Source: an uncultured virus (IMG/VR IMGVR_UViG_3300038417_000443) (lineage: Duplodnaviria > Heunggongvirae > Uroviricota > Caudoviricetes). Taken from it: 64,000 bases of DNA. The translations under genes were made by a program, and so were the position numbers. Below, piece after piece: positions 17,782 through 28,514 of the stretch; position 1 is the first letter of the stretch; each line of letters starts with the position of its first letter. The notes below the pieces were generated by a model, which made no database searches, was not told the origin of the DNA, and worked only from the letters and a program-made list of their open reading frames with translations. The stretch is taken from IMG/VR virus record IMGVR_UViG_3300038417_000443, one strand, 5' to 3'.

Positions 17782-18657
17782 CTATAAAGAAAGGTGCAGG
17801 GCTGGTTTATAATATTTTGAATTTGTAATTCTTTCGTATCCAATTCCGATACAAATTCCACCAAGGGCAGACGGTTGATATGCCTTGGCCTCAGCATAGG
17901 TCCCGCGACTATTTACTGCGGGATCTGCGAGGGGGAGGGGACCATGGCTTGCATATGCCTTAAGCCAAGCCCCCGTACGGGCAATTACCTTACTGCGATG
18001 ATAATGGATATTGTCTGGAGAAATATATTGCCGATCAACGGTGGTTCCGACCTTCGCATGTGAATGTCCCATTAACGCAATATCGGCATCTATGATTTTT
18101 AAAAGGTTCTCAACCTGATTAAGATGCCCCCCAGCCGTTCTTGACGAACCTATTCCATGATGTGCATAGAGAATAGTATCGGCTTCCGGATGTCCTTTAA
18201 CTCCGGCGGATATTCTAACCATGGCAGAGGTTCCAAGAAATTCACAACCAAGCAACTCACATAAATACTGATCTACACTGTTTCCTCCAACAAAATCCCA
18301 TCGATGATCCCCCTCCAATAATCCAATCCAGCGCCCCCTTGTTGGAGCCAGTATTTCAAACAGCTCATTTGCCTGCCCCGTAATCAGATCATCTATTATT
18401 TCCCTTGTGGATTCCCTTAAAACCCCCAACCCCTGTCTTTGTGAACTCGGAGTAAAGTCAAGATATTCCCCCATCCCCAAAAACGTGCATCCGTGATCAA
18501 GCGCCCACTGGATATTATCCTTCAAGTGTTGAACAGGAAAATCCTTGCTCCCAAAGTGAACATCTCCAATTGGCATTAAAATCATATTTTGATTCTTGGC
18601 AAGATCCCACGGGATTGGCGGATTATAGGCGCTGGGTTTGTACGTCAGGTGTATCAT
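17782..18657 (-). CDS. Calcineurin-like metallophosphoesterase
   Basis: GDVH, GMGEYLD, EGDH, AHHG and GHSH motifs. Confidence 0.75.
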   Translation of the reverse strand: MIHLTYKPSAYNPPIPWDLAKNQNMILMPIGDVHFGSKDFPVQHLKDNIQWALDHGCTFLGMGEYLDFTPSSQRQGLGVLRESTREIIDDLITGQANELFEILAPTRGRWIGLLEGDHRWDFVGGNSVDQYLCELLGCEFLGTSAMVRISAGVKGHPEADTILYAHHGIGSSRTAGGHLNQVENLLKIIDADIALMGHSHAKVGTTVDRQYISPDNIHYHRSKVIARTGAWLKAYASHGPLPLADPAVNSRGTYAEAKAYQPSALGGICIGIGYERITNSKYYKPALHLSL

Positions 18658-18875
18658 TTAGTCCCCTTTCTATTAATAAAAGTTATTTGTTCCATGGTCT
18701 TTATTTGAGAGATCAGGCTATTAAAGTCACCAAGGAGCCTCTTGAGAAGATAGTCAAACATTATTTTATCTTCATGCTGGGATATTACTTCTCGGTGCAT
18801 ACTCCTCAGCGTATCGTTGAAAGCCCCCACTTGCTGATTAAGCTGACTATACTCTTTCCCTCGGCTTCTTTCCAT
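18654..18875 (-). CDS. Hypothetical protein
   Basis: MERSRGKEYSQL..., coupled to both neighbours. Confidence 0.4.
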   Translation of the reverse strand: MERSRGKEYSQLNQQVGAFNDTLRSMHREVISQHEDKIMFDYLLKRLLGDFNSLISQIKTMEQITFINRKGTK

Positions 18876-19621
18876 TATATCCCCAATCCAACAGCAATAG
18901 CGATACCTGCCGCAACTCCTACCACAAATCCTACGATACCCCACAATGGGGCTCTCCTGGCTTTCTTCGCAAGATCTTGATTAACCTTAGCCTGGTCTGC
19001 GATAATCTTATCCTTTTTAACGTTCTGGGATTCTGCAAATTCCTTCCCTTCGAGTGCCAACTTTACTTCTTGCTCTGTATTTTTTACTATTTGTTCCAAT
19101 GTAGAGGATTTCTTTTCGAGCAGACCATTTGCTTCTTTAAGGTTTGCATTTTGCTCCTTAAGTAATGGGTTTTCCATTGCGGTTTGCAATAATTTATCAG
19201 AGTTTGCCCAATCAAATAAAACCCCCTCTCGTGGAGCTGGAACCCCGGCAGAGATGCCCTCCCCACCATAACCAAGTTCTTTGTATTTGGCAATGCGGTC
19301 TTCTTTCCCAACGGGTATCTTGAGCGAAGAAATTTGGTTCTGAAGATCCGTATTCCTCTTTGCAAGAACGGAGTATTGGGAGTTAATCTGAGCAATGGTC
19401 GCCTCTAATTGCTTGGCCCGAAGCTCAAGGTTGTCAAATTTTGATTGCCACTGAACCTGCTGCTCCTTCATAGAAGATATCAGGGCATCGTTTGATTTAA
19501 GGAGGGCACTGTTTTTGCTTTCTAATGCAGAGATACTAAGGTGACTATAGATGCCCCAGATTATTGCTATAATCAGAAACGCTCCCAATATGTATCCACC
19601 ATACTTTTTAATCCAATCCAT
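18875..19621 (-). CDS. Membrane-anchored coiled-coil protein, spanin-like
   Basis: N-terminal TM, long coiled coil, C-terminal Gly/Ala-rich TM; near the transglycosylases. Confidence 0.5.
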   Translation of the reverse strand: MDWIKKYGGYILGAFLIIAIIWGIYSHLSISALESKNSALLKSNDALISSMKEQQVQWQSKFDNLELRAKQLEATIAQINSQYSVLAKRNTDLQNQISSLKIPVGKEDRIAKYKELGYGGEGISAGVPAPREGVLFDWANSDKLLQTAMENPLLKEQNANLKEANGLLEKKSSTLEQIVKNTEQEVKLALEGKEFAESQNVKKDKIIADQAKVNQDLAKKARRAPLWGIVGFVVGVAAGIAIAVGLGI

Positions 19622-19774
19622 TTCATTCCTCCTTATTGTTTAAATACTCGACGAAGCACCCTGTAAAATATTCCTATTCCATATCCGACAACTACAATGA
19701 AAAGGAAAAAACCTACAAATTTTAAAAATACAATAGCCATATCAAAAAAGGGCAATGGTTACATATTTTACCTC

Positions 19775-19993
19775 CTACCAATTCCACTCGTCAAAGCTAT
19801 TTAATTTTAACAAGTGTTTTTTGGCCTCAGCCATTACTTCTGGAAGATTAGTTGGATTATAAGACTTAAGAAGGTCAACATATTCCTCTATCGTAAAACC
19901 GAGAATTTCAATACAACACTGAAGATCAATCCAAATATTTATTTTAACTCCCAAAAATTCATTATATTCAAGAGATTTAAATATATTATACAT
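19775..19993 (-). CDS. Hypothetical protein ending DEWNW
   Basis: SD GGGG before ATG 19993. Confidence 0.45.
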   Translation of the reverse strand: MYNIFKSLEYNEFLGVKINIWIDLQCCIEILGFTIEEYVDLLKSYNPTNLPEVMAEAKKHLLKLNSFDEWNW

Positions 19994-20001
19994 ATTTCCC
20001 C

Positions 20002-20706
20002 CTACCATGTTCTAAGTTGAGCTATTTGTTTAATCTCTATACATTCAATCCGATCATGCATTTCACAGCCCACATTCCAATAACGACCTACTTGTTCTTG
20101 TGTATGAGTGTGTCCGGCAACCATCCCCTTCATTGATAGATCAGCATTATTGGCCCAGTGTATTAAAGCATCCCTGACCTTTTTGTGCCTTTTTGGATTT
20201 TTGCTTACACTCCATGGGTCTTTAACCCCTAAACGCTCTAAGGGATCTGCAATATATCTTACAAACACCATACAGAGAGGCCAAAGCATATCGTTAAGAA
20301 GGTCTCCTTGATACCCATGAACAAAGAAAAACTTACCAGCCAGATGATCTAAAACCAATGCTTCTGGATACCCAAGCTGAATATCATGGTTTCCCGTTAT
20401 CCTAAAGAATCTCCCTGACAATCGAAGTGCATCATGTAAATTATAAAGTTCTTTATATTTTTCTCGGATATCCTTTACGTTCTGGTATTTCCACATGTCT
20501 TCCATATCCCCGGTTACAATAAACGTCCATCCTCCATTTGCATAGGTTTCAGCAATTTTCAAATATCGGGAATAGTTAGGATAAAAATAATCAATCTTGC
20601 CTTGGTTATTCATGTGAATATCAGAAAACACCACTACAGGGTCTTTTGTTTTTAAGTAAATTGGCGGACTTTGCCATAGAAGATCCAGCCTATCTTTTAA
20701 ATTCAT
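20002..20706 (-). CDS. Metallophosphoesterase (LpxH-like fold)
   Basis: SDIH, GDMED, GNHD, VHG and GHTH motifs. Confidence 0.8.
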   Translation of the reverse strand: MNLKDRLDLLWQSPPIYLKTKDPVVVFSDIHMNNQGKIDYFYPNYSRYLKIAETYANGGWTFIVTGDMEDMWKYQNVKDIREKYKELYNLHDALRLSGRFFRITGNHDIQLGYPEALVLDHLAGKFFFVHGYQGDLLNDMLWPLCMVFVRYIADPLERLGVKDPWSVSKNPKRHKKVRDALIHWANNADLSMKGMVAGHTHTQEQVGRYWNVGCEMHDRIECIEIKQIAQLRTW

Positions 20707-21287
20707 ATTATCTCCTTAAGTTTATAGATACGAGAGACATACCCAATGGTTTCGTCTGAATTCTTGCCCGTAATATCGTGAAGTCGACCAGCAACCACAG
20801 ACCATTCATCGGAATTAGCTATCTTTCTGGCCTTCTGAATATTACCTGGCCCAGCATTGTATCCTGCGAATGTAAATTTTCGTCTTTCAGTTTTTTCAAT
20901 AGGCTTAAAAAATGTATCCACCTGATCATCATATTTGATACCAGCCTGGACGCTTTCTTCTGGGTCCCATGGATTCTTAAGTCCTAAACCAATTCCTGTT
21001 TTAGGCATTATCTGCATTATTCCTTGCGCCCCACACCAGGAGAGGGCTTTTGGGTCGAGATCACTTTCTGCAATCCCCTGGGATTTCCACCATTTCCAAT
21101 CATCGAAAGGAAAATAAAATTCACCCCACCGTTTGAAATAGAGATCATATGCCAAGGTGTATCTTGACCCTGTGCTTTTAGCTGGGGCAACAGTTACAGG
21201 GGCAGCGGTAACTGCCGGTGCAATCCAGTTGCAGCTAAGCAAGGGCAAGAGAAATAAAAAAAAGACCAAGTAGAATCGAAATCGCAA
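20703..21287 (-). CDS. Lytic transglycosylase (SLT domain, MltF-like) with signal peptide / possible lipobox
   Basis: AES..DP.A.S..GAQGIMQIMP, AGYNAGPG and ETIGYV motifs; TTG start after AAGGAG gives MRFRFYLVFFLFLLPLLSC. Confidence 0.85.
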   Translation of the reverse strand: MRFRFYLVFFLFLLPLLSCNWIAPAVTAAPVTVAPAKSTGSRYTLAYDLYFKRWGEFYFPFDDWKWWKSQGIAESDLDPKALSWCGAQGIMQIMPKTGIGLGLKNPWDPEESVQAGIKYDDQVDTFFKPIEKTERRKFTFAGYNAGPGNIQKARKIANSDEWSVVAGRLHDITGKNSDETIGYVSRIYKLKEII

Positions 21288-21420
21288 TGGGGTTCTCCTT
21301 AATAACAACATCGGTGTCAAATGCCTTGAAGTAATAATTATCGATGGCCTTATAGGCTCCAAATAATAAAGCCATAAATAAAATCTTTCTAAAAACTGAA
21401 GTCAAAATGGTTTCCAGCAT
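21235..21420 (-). CDS. Holin-like small protein with two TM segments
   Basis: 61 aa, two hydrophobic segments, between two SLT genes. Confidence 0.5.
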   Translation of the reverse strand: MLETILTSVFRKILFMALLFGAYKAIDNYYFKAFDTDVVIKENPIAISILLGLFFISLALA

Positions 21421-21422
21421 TT

Positions 21423-22007
21423 TTATTTTCCTCCTACAAGTAAATATAAATTCCCGAGATTCAATAAAATCCGCTTAACGTAGTATCCGTCCTTTCCGCC
21501 GAGATATCTATGGAGAGCTTTTTCGAGATCCCCGTTTTCTTGTTTTAAAAATCCATTCATAAGAAAGTTACCGGATTGGATTGCTACACTTATATCGTAA
21601 AGGTCACGTTTTTCTTTTGCAAGCTTCGCGTCTATAAGGGTTTTTCCATGAAAGTGCCAGATGATTTGCATCAATCCAATTGCGCCCTTGGGACTGGTCG
21701 CCGAGGGAACAAATTCGGATTCAGCGGATATCATTGCCAGAATAAGAAGTGGTCGTTCGGTTTTTAAAGCTTCCTTAACGATCAACCGGGCGGTATCAAT
21801 TGAGATTTTTTCTGATTTTGAATAAATCCAACCCGCCAATATGCACTGGGTTGATAGAAGGCTAACCCGAGCGTGTTCGCTTGTTTTTACCATTTCGCTA
21901 TTAGCCCCATAAATAAACCCCAGAGCCCCCACACATGCCACACCATAAAGTATGACTACAATAACAATCCACTTATCTAATTTATCCATAGATATATTAT
22001 ACCCCAT
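21423..22007 (-). CDS. Lytic transglycosylase (SLT) with N-terminal TM anchor
   Basis: AESEF...ATSPKGAIGLMQI and ALHRYLG motifs; hydrophobic N-terminus. Confidence 0.8.
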   Translation of the reverse strand: MGYNISMDKLDKWIVIVVILYGVACVGALGFIYGANSEMVKTSEHARVSLLSTQCILAGWIYSKSEKISIDTARLIVKEALKTERPLLILAMISAESEFVPSATSPKGAIGLMQIIWHFHGKTLIDAKLAKEKRDLYDISVAIQSGNFLMNGFLKQENGDLEKALHRYLGGKDGYYVKRILLNLGNLYLLVGGK

Positions 22008-22387
22008 CCTCCGAGATTTTACCAGTATTATTTTTTTGAGAAATAATACATTTCCCCACTTATTCTTGAATATGCATTACACCTATAATAATATATAATC
22101 CCAGACTTAAACTCCGGTCCACTTGAAGATGAAACAGCACCGCCAAATTGACACCTCCGATTACATTTTGAACATCCTGGAAGCTGCTTATTGTGGATCT
22201 CTTTTGGTATCATTTTTTACCTCCGGAAGATCTTCGTCAAAATCGGGACAGGCTCGGGGCAAGGTCAGAAAGGGGTGGTTTAAAAAAAGATGCTCCTTAA
22301 ATTTAAGCTTATCGCATCTTCCTTTAACGCCATGATCTGATACCTTTAGGTAAAAACACTCTATGCAGATGGTGCCGAGATCATCTC

Positions 22388-23116
22388 TCATAGCTTGATT
22401 CCCTTCCTTTTCAGGATTTGATGAATGGAATTAACGAGCAAAAATACCTCTTTTTCATCGGGCAATGAAATTCTTCTTTCATGTCCGAAGTCTCCATCGG
22501 GGCCTATTCGGAGGATGTTGTAGCCCTTTATTGGATTGTCTGGATGAATCTCATCCCACAGAATACCATAGGCAGCTACCTGGAACCACATATTTTGATA
22601 AATGGCCTTGCTCGTTTTTAAATCTATCAACTCCAGATCCGTCACCCCACCACCAATGTCGAGGCAACCCCCAAATTTATACACTTCACTTACCAGTGCT
22701 ATCTCACTATGGATTAGCTTAAATTTAGTTCTCTCCTTCCACTCAAGAAATGCAAGGTAGCACCCCTCTGCCTTGGCTTTTGTATCGGGTGGCACATCCG
22801 TCATGTCTGGTTCTGGGAATCCCTTTAGGTCGTGCTCCACAAGTAAATGCCCGAGGGTTCCGGCATCAGCAGCCTTATCTCTTTTTTCGTATAATTTAGA
22901 TGATTGGAACCCCCTAACGGTTCTTAAAACATCCTCCAGTCCATTCCCATCCGCTACGGCTTGCAATACAGCACGGGACAATCTCTCACAATTTTCCATT
23001 CCCTGGGTGAAGGCCCAAGGGATAAGAGCGGGCTTATTTAAGATAGCTCCGAGGATAGTTGTGACCCCGCTTACCGGAGTTCCATTTTTTAATCTGTAAT
23101 TGATGGTCGGTGACAT
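22388..23116 (-). CDS. PD-(D/E)XK exonuclease-like protein
   Basis: VSGVTTIL, GTLGH, GGCLD...IDLKTS...QVAAY motifs. Confidence 0.75.
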   Translation of the reverse strand: MSPTINYRLKNGTPVSGVTTILGAILNKPALIPWAFTQGMENCERLSRAVLQAVADGNGLEDVLRTVRGFQSSKLYEKRDKAADAGTLGHLLVEHDLKGFPEPDMTDVPPDTKAKAEGCYLAFLEWKERTKFKLIHSEIALVSEVYKFGGCLDIGGGVTDLELIDLKTSKAIYQNMWFQVAAYGILWDEIHPDNPIKGYNILRIGPDGDFGHERRISLPDEKEVFLLVNSIHQILKRKGIKL

Positions 23117-23127
23117 AATCTCCTCCT

Positions 23128-23397
23128 TTAAAATGGTTCGATATCTACATCGTCAAATCCCTCGCTACCCCCCGGTGAACTAAACATGTCCCCCTGCGGA
23201 GCCTCCTTCTGCTTGGCCGGCTCGGATAAAAACATTAAATAATCCGGACTATTTGCAGCCTGTTTTCGGGTATTTTGAAACACCACAACATTGACCTTAT
23301 CCCCGGGCGGCATCTCGTTTAAATCTATGATACCGGTTATAAATGGCTTTCCTGTTGACTTCGCAATTCTCGACCACAACGCTCCGCATTTTTTCAT
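23128..23397 (-). CDS. Putative single-stranded DNA-binding protein
   Basis: GALW...GKPFITG, N..K...NSPDY and an acidic DDVDIEPF tail. Confidence 0.65.
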   Translation of the reverse strand: MKKCGALWSRIAKSTGKPFITGIIDLNEMPPGDKVNVVVFQNTRKQAANSPDYLMFLSEPAKQKEAPQGDMFSSPGGSEGFDDVDIEPF

Positions 23398-24368
23398 TAT
23401 TTTCCTCCTTTTTCTTTCATTGCTTTATCGATAAATCCCTGACGAAGCTTGTCTTTGAGCTCGACAAGAAGTTTAAAATGATTTGGATGAAGTTTTAATT
23501 CCGCTTCGGCACCGTTTTTTAACCACCAATCCCTTAAAATTGAAATATGAGCAAACCTCACCATGTCATCGTGATATTTTACGAAGAGAGTTGCGGAAGG
23601 AGATGTATCGGCCGGTTTCCCCTCTGGAATTTCTGTCGGAGGCATATGCGATCCAGTGGGTCCAATAACCTCAGATCCTGGAAATAGCTCATTTGCAACC
23701 TTAACGGCTTCCGCCGCTTCCATTCCAAGACGGTCTTCTGGGGTTAACATTTTTTCAACACCCCTTTCCAAGGCAGGATGAATAGCCACGCTTTTTACCC
23801 AAATTATTTTATCTGGTTTTTTAGGATCGGGTACCTGGGTTGCAAATTTGCTTATCCATTGTCGAATAAAGGCCGGGTCCCAAAGCTCCAGCGTGATTCC
23901 GATACTTTTACAGGCTCGCATCAAAGCATTAGATCGAGCTCCCTCAGAAGCATCGGACCATGACATCCGCTTATTGTTAGAATCCCAGAGTTGCTCCCCT
24001 ATCACAAAGGACACCGGGACGCCCCTAATAATGAACCAGTGAGGCCACAAGACCATATCTCCCTTAGTCTTGGGAAAACCCACAGGTATAAGCCCCCAAC
24101 TGATTCCGAGCGCGTTTCTGAGCCTTGTAACGTAATGCATCCAGGGAAGGTAGACAAGCCCATCTGTTCTTATCTCCACAAGGTTCTCGTCAACTGGGGC
24201 ATAGAGAATTGATTTTTCCGTATCAGATAGTTGAATTGTGCCCACAAGGGGAAGTAATTTCTCTATTTCTGCCCCAAAGTCCACCATTTTTGTTTGAGGC
24301 TGTTTTGGCTCCTCAACCTTGGCTGGTAGTTCAGTATTGCCTTCGGACTTCATAATTTCATCACTCAT
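23397..24368 (-). CDS. Rad52-superfamily single-strand annealing protein, Mgm101-like
   Basis: VEIRTDGLVYLPW..Y..RL..ALG..WGLIP and EGARSNALMRACKSIGI..ELWDP.FI match the Mgm101 core as I recall it. Confidence 0.8.
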   Translation of the reverse strand: MSDEIMKSEGNTELPAKVEEPKQPQTKMVDFGAEIEKLLPLVGTIQLSDTEKSILYAPVDENLVEIRTDGLVYLPWMHYVTRLRNALGISWGLIPVGFPKTKGDMVLWPHWFIIRGVPVSFVIGEQLWDSNNKRMSWSDASEGARSNALMRACKSIGITLELWDPAFIRQWISKFATQVPDPKKPDKIIWVKSVAIHPALERGVEKMLTPEDRLGMEAAEAVKVANELFPGSEVIGPTGSHMPPTEIPEGKPADTSPSATLFVKYHDDMVRFAHISILRDWWLKNGAEAELKLHPNHFKLLVELKDKLRQGFIDKAMKEKGGK

Positions 24369-24828
24369 TTTTTCCCCCTAACTGTTCTATTTTCCACACT
24401 CCGTCATGTAAGGCTTGATGACAGTTTCGACACAAAAATATTAGTTTCACTGATAAAAACTTTTTTATAAAAGATTTCGGGATTAGCTTAAACCAATGAC
24501 ACAATAAATCTGCCTTATGACCCTTTTCCCTTGAATCAAGGTGATGCCCATCAATTGAACCGAAGCTCTCATTGTATCCACATCTTTTACAAGAAATTTT
24601 TTCTATGTTAAGATATTCTAATAGCCATTCTATATTTTTCTTTTTATTTCCAAGATGAAAACTGCTGGAGCGATCTTTCCAATACTCCCGATGACTTTCT
24701 CTATATTTTTTATTATATTCCCTATTTTTTTCAGCATTTTTTCTCTTCCACTCTTTTGATAAATTATTACATATTTCTTTATTATTTTCGTAATAATTAT
24801 GATTATACTCTTTTGTGTTTTTTGTCAT
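24361..24828 (-). CDS. HNH endonuclease
   Basis: CKRCG...DGHH...LCRNCHQALH. Confidence 0.75.
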   Translation of the reverse strand: MTKNTKEYNHNYYENNKEICNNLSKEWKRKNAEKNREYNKKYRESHREYWKDRSSSFHLGNKKKNIEWLLEYLNIEKISCKRCGYNESFGSIDGHHLDSREKGHKADLLCHWFKLIPKSFIKKFLSVKLIFLCRNCHQALHDGVWKIEQLGGKNE

Positions 24829-25307
24829 TGTATTTTTCTTTTTTCAAGATATATTTTCTCAACTTGAGTCTCATAATAAAAAATAGCAATTGCCAAGGCT
24901 GACCAAAGGTGCGACGATATTCCATTAGTCACTTCCTTTCCAAGGCGGGATATCAACGTAGCGCGAATATCTTTATCCTTGCTTTTTACAGTGCCCGTTA
25001 AAAATAACTTCACGTCTTTTCGGTAAACCAACTTAACCGAACAAGAGGCCGCTTCCATTACCCGGCCAATAAAATAGCAGGTTTCAAAAACATCCTTACC
25101 CACAGCCTTCCCAAAATATTGCATCCCTTCTACGGCAATAATATTTCCCGGATATGCGATACGACAGTTTCTAATTCCATTCAGGAGATCCTCGTTGCCG
25201 GTATTCTCCTTGTCAAGAATTTTATTCCCATCCCACACCACATAACCTGATTCTCTTGTGCCCGGATCAATTCCGATTACTATCATGCTCACCCTTCCCT
25301 TCGACAT
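24825..25307 (-). CDS. ruvC: RuvC-like Holliday junction resolvase
   Basis: IGIDPG..SGY, IAVE, K..LTG...SKDKDI and H.WSALAIA motifs. Confidence 0.7.
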   Translation of the reverse strand: MSKGRVSMIVIGIDPGTRESGYVVWDGNKILDKENTGNEDLLNGIRNCRIAYPGNIIAVEGMQYFGKAVGKDVFETCYFIGRVMEAASCSVKLVYRKDVKLFLTGTVKSKDKDIRATLISRLGKEVTNGISSHLWSALAIAIFYYETQVEKIYLEKRKIQ

Positions 25308-25637
25308 CTATGAATAAATGGTTTATTAGAATTTCCGTTAGATATCGTAAGTTTCTCCCCACAATTTCCGCAATCCACAACAATATGGCCCCCGGATTCG
25401 ACAATACCCTTGGCATCGTAATCCATCCTACACCTGACGTGTAAAAATCTTTCGTTCCCCCGCTTAACCCATCGCATATATCCCCTCCATTCAACATCTT
25501 GATAAATAGTTTTATTCATCTTCCCCTCCCCAGCTTACACTTCAATATAATTACTATACCACATTTTTTACACTTTTTTCCGATATAAAAAATATTGAAA
25601 CGTTCTTTTAATGATTCATAAATTATAAATTTAATCC

Positions 25638-27308
25638 TCATCTTTTCCTCCCCACATCAGCCCAATCTATTTCCTCCCTTTCCCAATCTGAAGTTGCCTC
25701 GATCTTGCTACCCTTATAAATCTTAAATCTTCTTACTTTATTCCGTGGATTATCCGAGGAATCCCGCCAGTTATGAGCCTTCAATACAGCAATGCGGTGG
25801 TCTTCCCCAAATGGCTGATCCATGCTAAGATAAAGGCGGGGTTTTTCAAGCGTAGCTTCTCCACCCTTTGCCACCGCCCTTCCATGAGGCCTCTGGAGCA
25901 TAATTAATGCCGTACCAGATTTTAATCTGTCGTTTATGTTTTTAATCAACAAACCCATTTTCCAGAGCTCGTCGTAGAGCTCAAGGTAATCTACGATATT
26001 TACCCCATCCGGATCAATGGCATCTTCAAAGTTACTGGTTACTTTTTTAAAGGTTGCGGGTTTCCACACATCTCTTGGATACCCAAATAATGCTATCCGA
26101 TCCCTTAATTCTAAAACCCCAAGCTCGGAGCTTAAGTACGTCACCTTATGCTCCTTAAGATTTTTAAGGCAATAGTTTAAAGAAAAGGTCGTCTTTCCAC
26201 TGCCCATAACCCCAGCCAAAACCGCCACGCTTCCCGGATAACATCTATAAAGTTGTTCAACCTCAAGGGGCCAGGATATATTTATTACCTCACCCTCGGC
26301 GGCGTCAAAATCCATCTCTTCAAAATTACCTTCCTTAATTCGATACGACCCCCTCCTGTTTCCAGACTTTTCTACAATACCTTCTTTAATCATCTTATCA
26401 AGCATTGCCCAAATTAATTTAAGATTATTTATGTCATTTAGGTTAAGGTCTCTTGCAATATCTTTTATCTCAAAAATCCCGGGAGCCACTGAAATCCAGT
26501 CCCGAACTTCTTGGGATATATTTATTTCTTTCCGTTCCGCCCTCGATAGTGCAGATTGCACCTTAGCCTTAACATCTTCAATCGTAAATGGAGGTCTGCC
26601 ATCTCGATTTTGATTGCCATAACCCGCAAGGATTTCCAAAACCTTTTGAGTCTGTTCAGAATAAAGTCCCCCTTTCGTCAAACTATTAGCGATGGTAAAT
26701 AAATCCTCGTCTAATTGCCCCCCGGTAAACATAGTTGTTGCATCAGTTGGGCCTCTTTGTCCGTTGTCCGTTTTATCTCTACCATGGCTTGTTCCAGCCC
26801 AGGTACGTAATAAATTCTCGAAAATAGTACCCATGGAAGGAGCCGAAATGTCGAATATGCTCTTTCCATCTCTCCAATTCCACCCACCAGTATTGGTTGT
26901 GCTTGGATATACTGCAACGTATCCTCCTTGGGTTCTTATGTCAACCCCTGGGGCTATGTGAGCCCTGTTGACAAACCCCCTTGTATATTTAAAAAAGAAA
27001 TGCCTTCCGCCTCTCGGTGTTTTTTGGGTCGGAACATCCGGAGGAAGCATCGGCCCCACCGATAAAATAGCATCTTTGGTATCGCAATCAACCACAGTAA
27101 GGTCGGAGATTTCTCCGGTAATTATACCCAAATTATAATCCTGTCCGGAAAACCATTCTATAATTTGTTCTGCCGAGGCGATTTTGGATTGGTATGGCAA
27201 CCAGGATTCAATTGCCGGTTTTTTCCCACCCGATAACAGGGGTATAACGCTCAGGCCACGCTCTCTGTACATCAAGGCCGCCTTTAAAATTGTTATTTTA
27301 TTTTCCAA
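25638..27308 (-). CDS. Bifunctional primase-polymerase fused to a RecA/DnaB-like helicase domain
   Basis: [41 protein letters not shown]-terminal Walker A GVMGSGKT and IVDYL. Confidence 0.85.
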   Translation of the reverse strand: MENKITILKAALMYRERGLSVIPLLSGGKKPAIESWLPYQSKIASAEQIIEWFSGQDYNLGIITGEISDLTVVDCDTKDAILSVGPMLPPDVPTQKTPRGGRHFFFKYTRGFVNRAHIAPGVDIRTQGGYVAVYPSTTNTGGWNWRDGKSIFDISAPSMGTIFENLLRTWAGTSHGRDKTDNGQRGPTDATTMFTGGQLDEDLFTIANSLTKGGLYSEQTQKVLEILAGYGNQNRDGRPPFTIEDVKAKVQSALSRAERKEINISQEVRDWISVAPGIFEIKDIARDLNLNDINNLKLIWAMLDKMIKEGIVEKSGNRRGSYRIKEGNFEEMDFDAAEGEVINISWPLEVEQLYRCYPGSVAVLAGVMGSGKTTFSLNYCLKNLKEHKVTYLSSELGVLELRDRIALFGYPRDVWKPATFKKVTSNFEDAIDPDGVNIVDYLELYDELWKMGLLIKNINDRLKSGTALIMLQRPHGRAVAKGGEATLEKPRLYLSMDQPFGEDHRIAVLKAHNWRDSSDNPRNKVRRFKIYKGSKIEATSDWEREEIDWADVGRKR

Positions 27309-27783
27309 GGATATTCCTTCTATTATTCCTTTGTGTTTTTAGATCCGCCCACCTACAATTTAAAGGCTCATAATTCCCATCATTGTCTATTCTGTCTATG
27401 GTCATCCCAAGGGGTCTTTCTCCCATATCCCTAAGAAAATTTTTGAAGTTATTTTTCCACTCTTTGCAAACGACAATTCCCCTTCCTCCATAATTTTTAT
27501 AATCTTTATCTTTTGTATTATGACATCTTAATTTCATAGATCTCCACGATATATACGTACCCGATCCAGTTCTGCTATACCCGTGCGTTTTTCTCCTACA
27601 CCCACAGCTTTTTGTGTCCCCACTCTGCAAATATCCGGTAGGAAACAATACAATTTTTCCACACGAGCAAATACATTTCCAGACAACACTTTTGTTACCA
27701 TTTCTTCCCATCCTTTTGTCTGTTTTTAAAAGGACAGTTAATTGCCCAAATTGTTTTCCAATAAGATTTTTTGATGCGCTCAA
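27298..27783 (-). CDS. HNH-type homing endonuclease (YGGRGI family), copy 1
   Basis: [40 protein letters not shown]. Confidence 0.85.
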   Translation of the reverse strand: MSASKNLIGKQFGQLTVLLKTDKRMGRNGNKSVVWKCICSCGKIVLFPTGYLQSGDTKSCGCRRKTHGYSRTGSGTYISWRSMKLRCHNTKDKDYKNYGGRGIVVCKEWKNNFKNFLRDMGERPLGMTIDRIDNDGNYEPLNCRWADLKTQRNNRRNILGK

Positions 27784-27930
27784 ATCAATTTCCCCACAGC
27801 CCAGGGGCCAGCCTTGACCCCCTGGACTTGACTAAGCTTACAAAGTTCTGTAAAGGTATTCCATCTGTTACAGATTGATTATCAATAATAACCCCACACC
27901 CAGGACACCTATAAATTCCGGGATAGTTTT

Positions 27931-28329
27931 TTAACTGATCCTGAGATAGGGTAATCTTGGCCCAACAGTATGGGCGACAATGTCGAGACATTCTTTTTCT
28001 CCTATAAATTTAAGAAACGCATTTTGAAGATAGACAGCCTGGGATAAAACAAATCCAAAATCATTTTTCTTAGGCTTCTTCATGGCCCTTGGGAACATTT
28101 GGTAGAGTTCCGGGAAGGTTGAGAAACCGAAGTCTGGAGTTCTAAACATATTTGTTAAGATTTCGAGAACATGTTTTCTGGTAAATTCGGGCTTAACGTG
28201 TTGGCACCACTTGACAAGGGTTTCTCGCTCCATTTCCCTGGAGCAGATCTCGCAGTGGTTGTAGCCGGCGATTAATATAGCAGGACTCTCAGGATGTCTT
28301 CGGCATTGGAATTCCATTTGATCCTCCAT
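27931..28329 (-). CDS. Hypothetical protein with Zn-binding N-terminus
   Basis: CxxH...CxxC. Confidence 0.45.
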   Translation of the reverse strand: MEDQMEFQCRRHPESPAILIAGYNHCEICSREMERETLVKWCQHVKPEFTRKHVLEILTNMFRTPDFGFSTFPELYQMFPRAMKKPKKNDFGFVLSQAVYLQNAFLKFIGEKECLDIVAHTVGPRLPYLRIS

Positions 28330-28378
28330 TTGTTTTTATCCTAACACAATTTACCCTAAAACACCAGTAAAAAATTAG

Positions 28379-28510
28379 AGGGGGTCGGTTGTAGGCGTGG
28401 CGTAGACTTTATGTTCATACTTCTATGAACGCCTCGTTTGCGAGCACTCACCTGTCGAGCGAACACTCGTCATCTCACCCAATACGCCGTGAGAGGCTCT
28501 CCGACCCCCA
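28379..28510 (-). ncRNA. Candidate structured ncRNA or leader
   Basis: Closing stem GGGGGTCGG/CCGACCCCC, inner GGCGTA/TACGCC, three internal hairpins; promoter immediately upstream on the minus strand. Confidence 0.45.
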
Positions 28511-28514
28511 GAAG

